Source of the DNA: Cirrosporium novae-zelandiae
Taxonomy: Eukaryota
Direction of reading: 5' to 3'
Assembly (NCBI GenBank): GCA_026023565.1
Contig: JAPETS010000031.1
Span: 124,001 to 188,000 of the forward strand
Length of the DNA: 64,000 nt
In this document: positions 61,496 through 64,000 of the stretch, piece by piece
Layout: each line of letters starts with the position of its first letter
Position numbering within the stretch: position 1 is the first letter of the stretch
Translations under genes and position numbers: made by a program
Notes under the pieces: generated by a model
What the model was told of the DNA's origin: nothing
Databases searched by the model: none
What the model saw: the letters and a program-made list of their open reading frames with translations, nothing else

Positions 61496-61812
61496 AACTA
61501 TAACTATAACTATTACATGTACATGTACTTAAGTACTTAAGTAGTTAGGGCTTCGGTATGTATGTATGTATGTATGTACAGTTCTATCTCTTCAAAACAA
61601 CAACAACTCCCCTCAAGCCTTTATTAATTTCCATGAAAATAGGATTCAGTTGTTTATAGATAATGTCTATAATATCTATCTATGTTCTCTAGTTTTCTCT
61701 AATATAGAAACAAAACAAACCAAAACAAACCAAAACAAACCAAAACAAGCAGAAATAGAAACAGTCCCCATTATGACTGATAAAGAAAGAAAGGAAAGAA
61801 AGGAAAGAAAGG
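61496..61812. repeat. Simple-repeat cluster: (TAACTA)n, (TACATG)n, (TATG)n, (AAACCAAAAC)n, (AAAGGAAAG)n
   Basis: Visible directly in the convergent intergenic region. Confidence 0.8.
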
Positions 61813-62109
61813 ATAAGGGGTGGTGAAGGTTGGTGATTGGATCTTCCCCCCCCCCCCTAAACGAAAAAAAAAACATCAAGAAAAGCAAATTTGATATGGC
61901 TCCAGGCCACCTAGACTGAATGTGCCAGCCATTCTCACGTTTTGTACTTTGATTCCAGAATCTTTGTCTACCGACTTCCCCCCACGCTTCCCCAGTCTAT
62001 AGTATTAGTAAGTTCTTGATTTATCCAGTCAGCTCGACTCCAACTCCACCAGAGATAAAAAAGGGTAAAATTTCCATGATACCGTAACTACCCATGTCAT
62101 ACCATGTCC

Positions 62110-62816
62110 TTACTGCCCTGTGACAGTGGGTGGCTTATTCCAAGCTCGGAGCATTCGTCTTACGGCCTCTGTCCACTGAGAGACAAAGGTTGCTGTAAGC
62201 TGGGAGATCTGGTTCGGAGTGGGGGTATGGCCTCCCCACATTGTTTGTTTTGCGGCTTGGATGCCTGCGTGTGTGGGTATGAGATTGCTGTTGTTGGGGG
62301 GTTTGCCAACGGATTAGCGTTTGATGTGTCTTGGGGTTGCGTTGGATAAGTGAGGAGGAGGAGCTTACAGTTCTTCAATCTTCTTTAGGATCAACCATGC
62401 GTAGTTCCAGCTCCTGGTGCTTGCGGGATCCTCCATAACGCGCAATTTTGCTTCGTCGAGGCACTCGGAGCTGAAGGGGTAGGTCCTGCTGAGACTTCGC
62501 AGCTCGCTTAACATGCTGTTGGAATCGACGTAGTATCTCCAGGCGCTAGTCATGGGCTCGGTGATATCCGGGGTGTCGAAGGCGGCGAGTGTTCTCTCGA
62601 TGCGGCAGAGTTCGCCGAGCGTATTGGCTTTGTGTTGGCGAAGGATGGTAATTAGTTGAGCCTTTGATTCCTATAGACTTGTTTGTTAGGAGATGTTGGA
62701 ATTAAGGGGTTTCGTTCATGGTAGGAAATAGGTACATAGATGAAGCCAGGGTTGAGTTGGCTGGAAGAACTTGTAACGGTGTAACTAGAACTTGAACTTG
62801 ATGTAGTTGGTGGCAT
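62110..62816 (-). CDS. Small hypothetical all-helical protein, 3 exons
   Basis: MPPTTSSS..GFIY / ESKAQLITILRQHKANTLGELCRIER..AWRYYVDSNSMLSELRSLSRTYPFSSECLDEAK..SWNYAWLILKKIEE / NLIPTHA..MWGG..FVSQWTEAVRRMLRAW; both introns have GT, CTAAC/CTAAT branch and AG in the correct phase. Confidence 0.8.
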
Positions 62817-64000
62817 TGTAGGGAGTCTTTTAGGCGTTCTTAGAATGGGTAGAAAGGGAATCCAAAAGATCAATTGGACACTTCCGAGAAGTTGGAAATG
62901 TATCACAGCAGTGGAAGACAATAGCTTTAGATATAACGAAATGCTGGAGGAGTTCTCTGCTCACGATTCAGGGTGACGCCGTGCCGTTACCCGGAAGTTC
63001 GAAATCTTCAACACGGTGATAATGATTATGAGAGTAATCGACGGCTTGGAGGCAACGAGGAGGATAACGGAGAGGAGTGATATTGAGGTAATAAATGAAG
63101 AAGATAGTAAAAGTGTAACGTAAAAAGAAGAACTTGTATAATTGCAGAATACGGGAGGAACATCCCTATATAAACTTTCCGATACCATATACAGCCGCAA
63201 AAGTCTCTAAAACTATCACAGTCCTAGGATAGAGAATCACCCCTACAGAATGAAACAACAAAAGTATTTCGGTGAAATAAACGAGGCGATGTCCGTTGTC
63301 AGATCTCTCATCAGATGTAGAAATAGTACTACGATGCGTAGATCTTTGTAACAATCACGAGTAGATAGTAGATAGAGAAAACACCAAACTAACTATACGA
63401 AAATATTTAAACAAGGACACCGCCATGACGAGAAACGCCGCTGAGAATGGGGAAATTCAATCCTGAAATGCTATTTGCTATCTGCTAGTCTGAAACTATG
63501 CCTTAGATAGTTGAGGAGGAGAATAAATATGTCAGCCCAAAGCAAGAAAGTTGGTTGGACAGGGAAAGGCATGCTGTGCAGTGTAGAAGAGCAAGGGAAC
63601 TGTGGAGCAGCAGCTGGAAGAAGCCACAGTGATTACCTGATATTGCTGGATATAGTCCTCCAAGCCCAGGAAAAGACACGCGGGGCTGGAGTGTCGATCC
63701 CAAGAGTGCTGAAAGAGATGACCGATACTACAGTAACTAGCCACTTGGAAAGGAACATTAGATGGTGGGGATAGCAAACTAGACACGAAGGAGAACAAGG
63801 GACATCCCTTCATTATTGTGAGTGTAACTGGATACTGTGGAGTAACTGCAATCAAACGGTTAATAAGTAAATCTCAGGATACCAGGGAGAATAATTAAAA
63901 ATGTCTAGAAGAGGAGGATACGTTGTAACTGTTGTAGTCAGCATGATTAAGTCCAAGTCAGCATTAAGGATAGTTACCAGGCAAATTCCCAAGATCGGGT

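Noticed and set aside
62900..64000. Short ORFs at the window end
   Set aside because: No recognisable motifs or consistent splice model; treated as intergenic.

Overview
Gene-dense euchromatic segment of a filamentous ascomycete (Pezizomycotina-type GT-AG introns with CTRAC branch points, microsatellite-rich convergent intergenic regions). About 23 protein-coding units could be assembled by hand. Recognisable conserved genes are SEC62, MTC6, LSM4, TEP1/PTEN, a LIM-RhoGAP (RGA1-like), STU1/CLASP, RPL24, UBC13, SEA3/MTC5 and NUP53. Family-level calls are a RING-H2 E3 ligase, a 2OG-Fe(II) dioxygenase, L-2-hydroxyglutarate dehydrogenase, a PTH11-like 7TM protein, a BSP peptidase, a sarcosine/pipecolate oxidase-like enzyme and a PEBP-GPI protein; several genes are unassigned. 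No tRNA, rRNA, CRISPR array or autonomous transposon was seen. The most unusual locus is 51.8-55.5 kb. An orphan 483-aa ORF ends on a canonical splice donor that joins it in frame to the NUP53 ORF, and its upstream region carries eight CAATAG/CTATTG boxes (HMG/mating-type-like sites) in about 205 bp. This suggests a possibly mating-type-controlled chimeric nucleoporin; that reading is a hypothesis only. All gene models are manual and no database searches were run.
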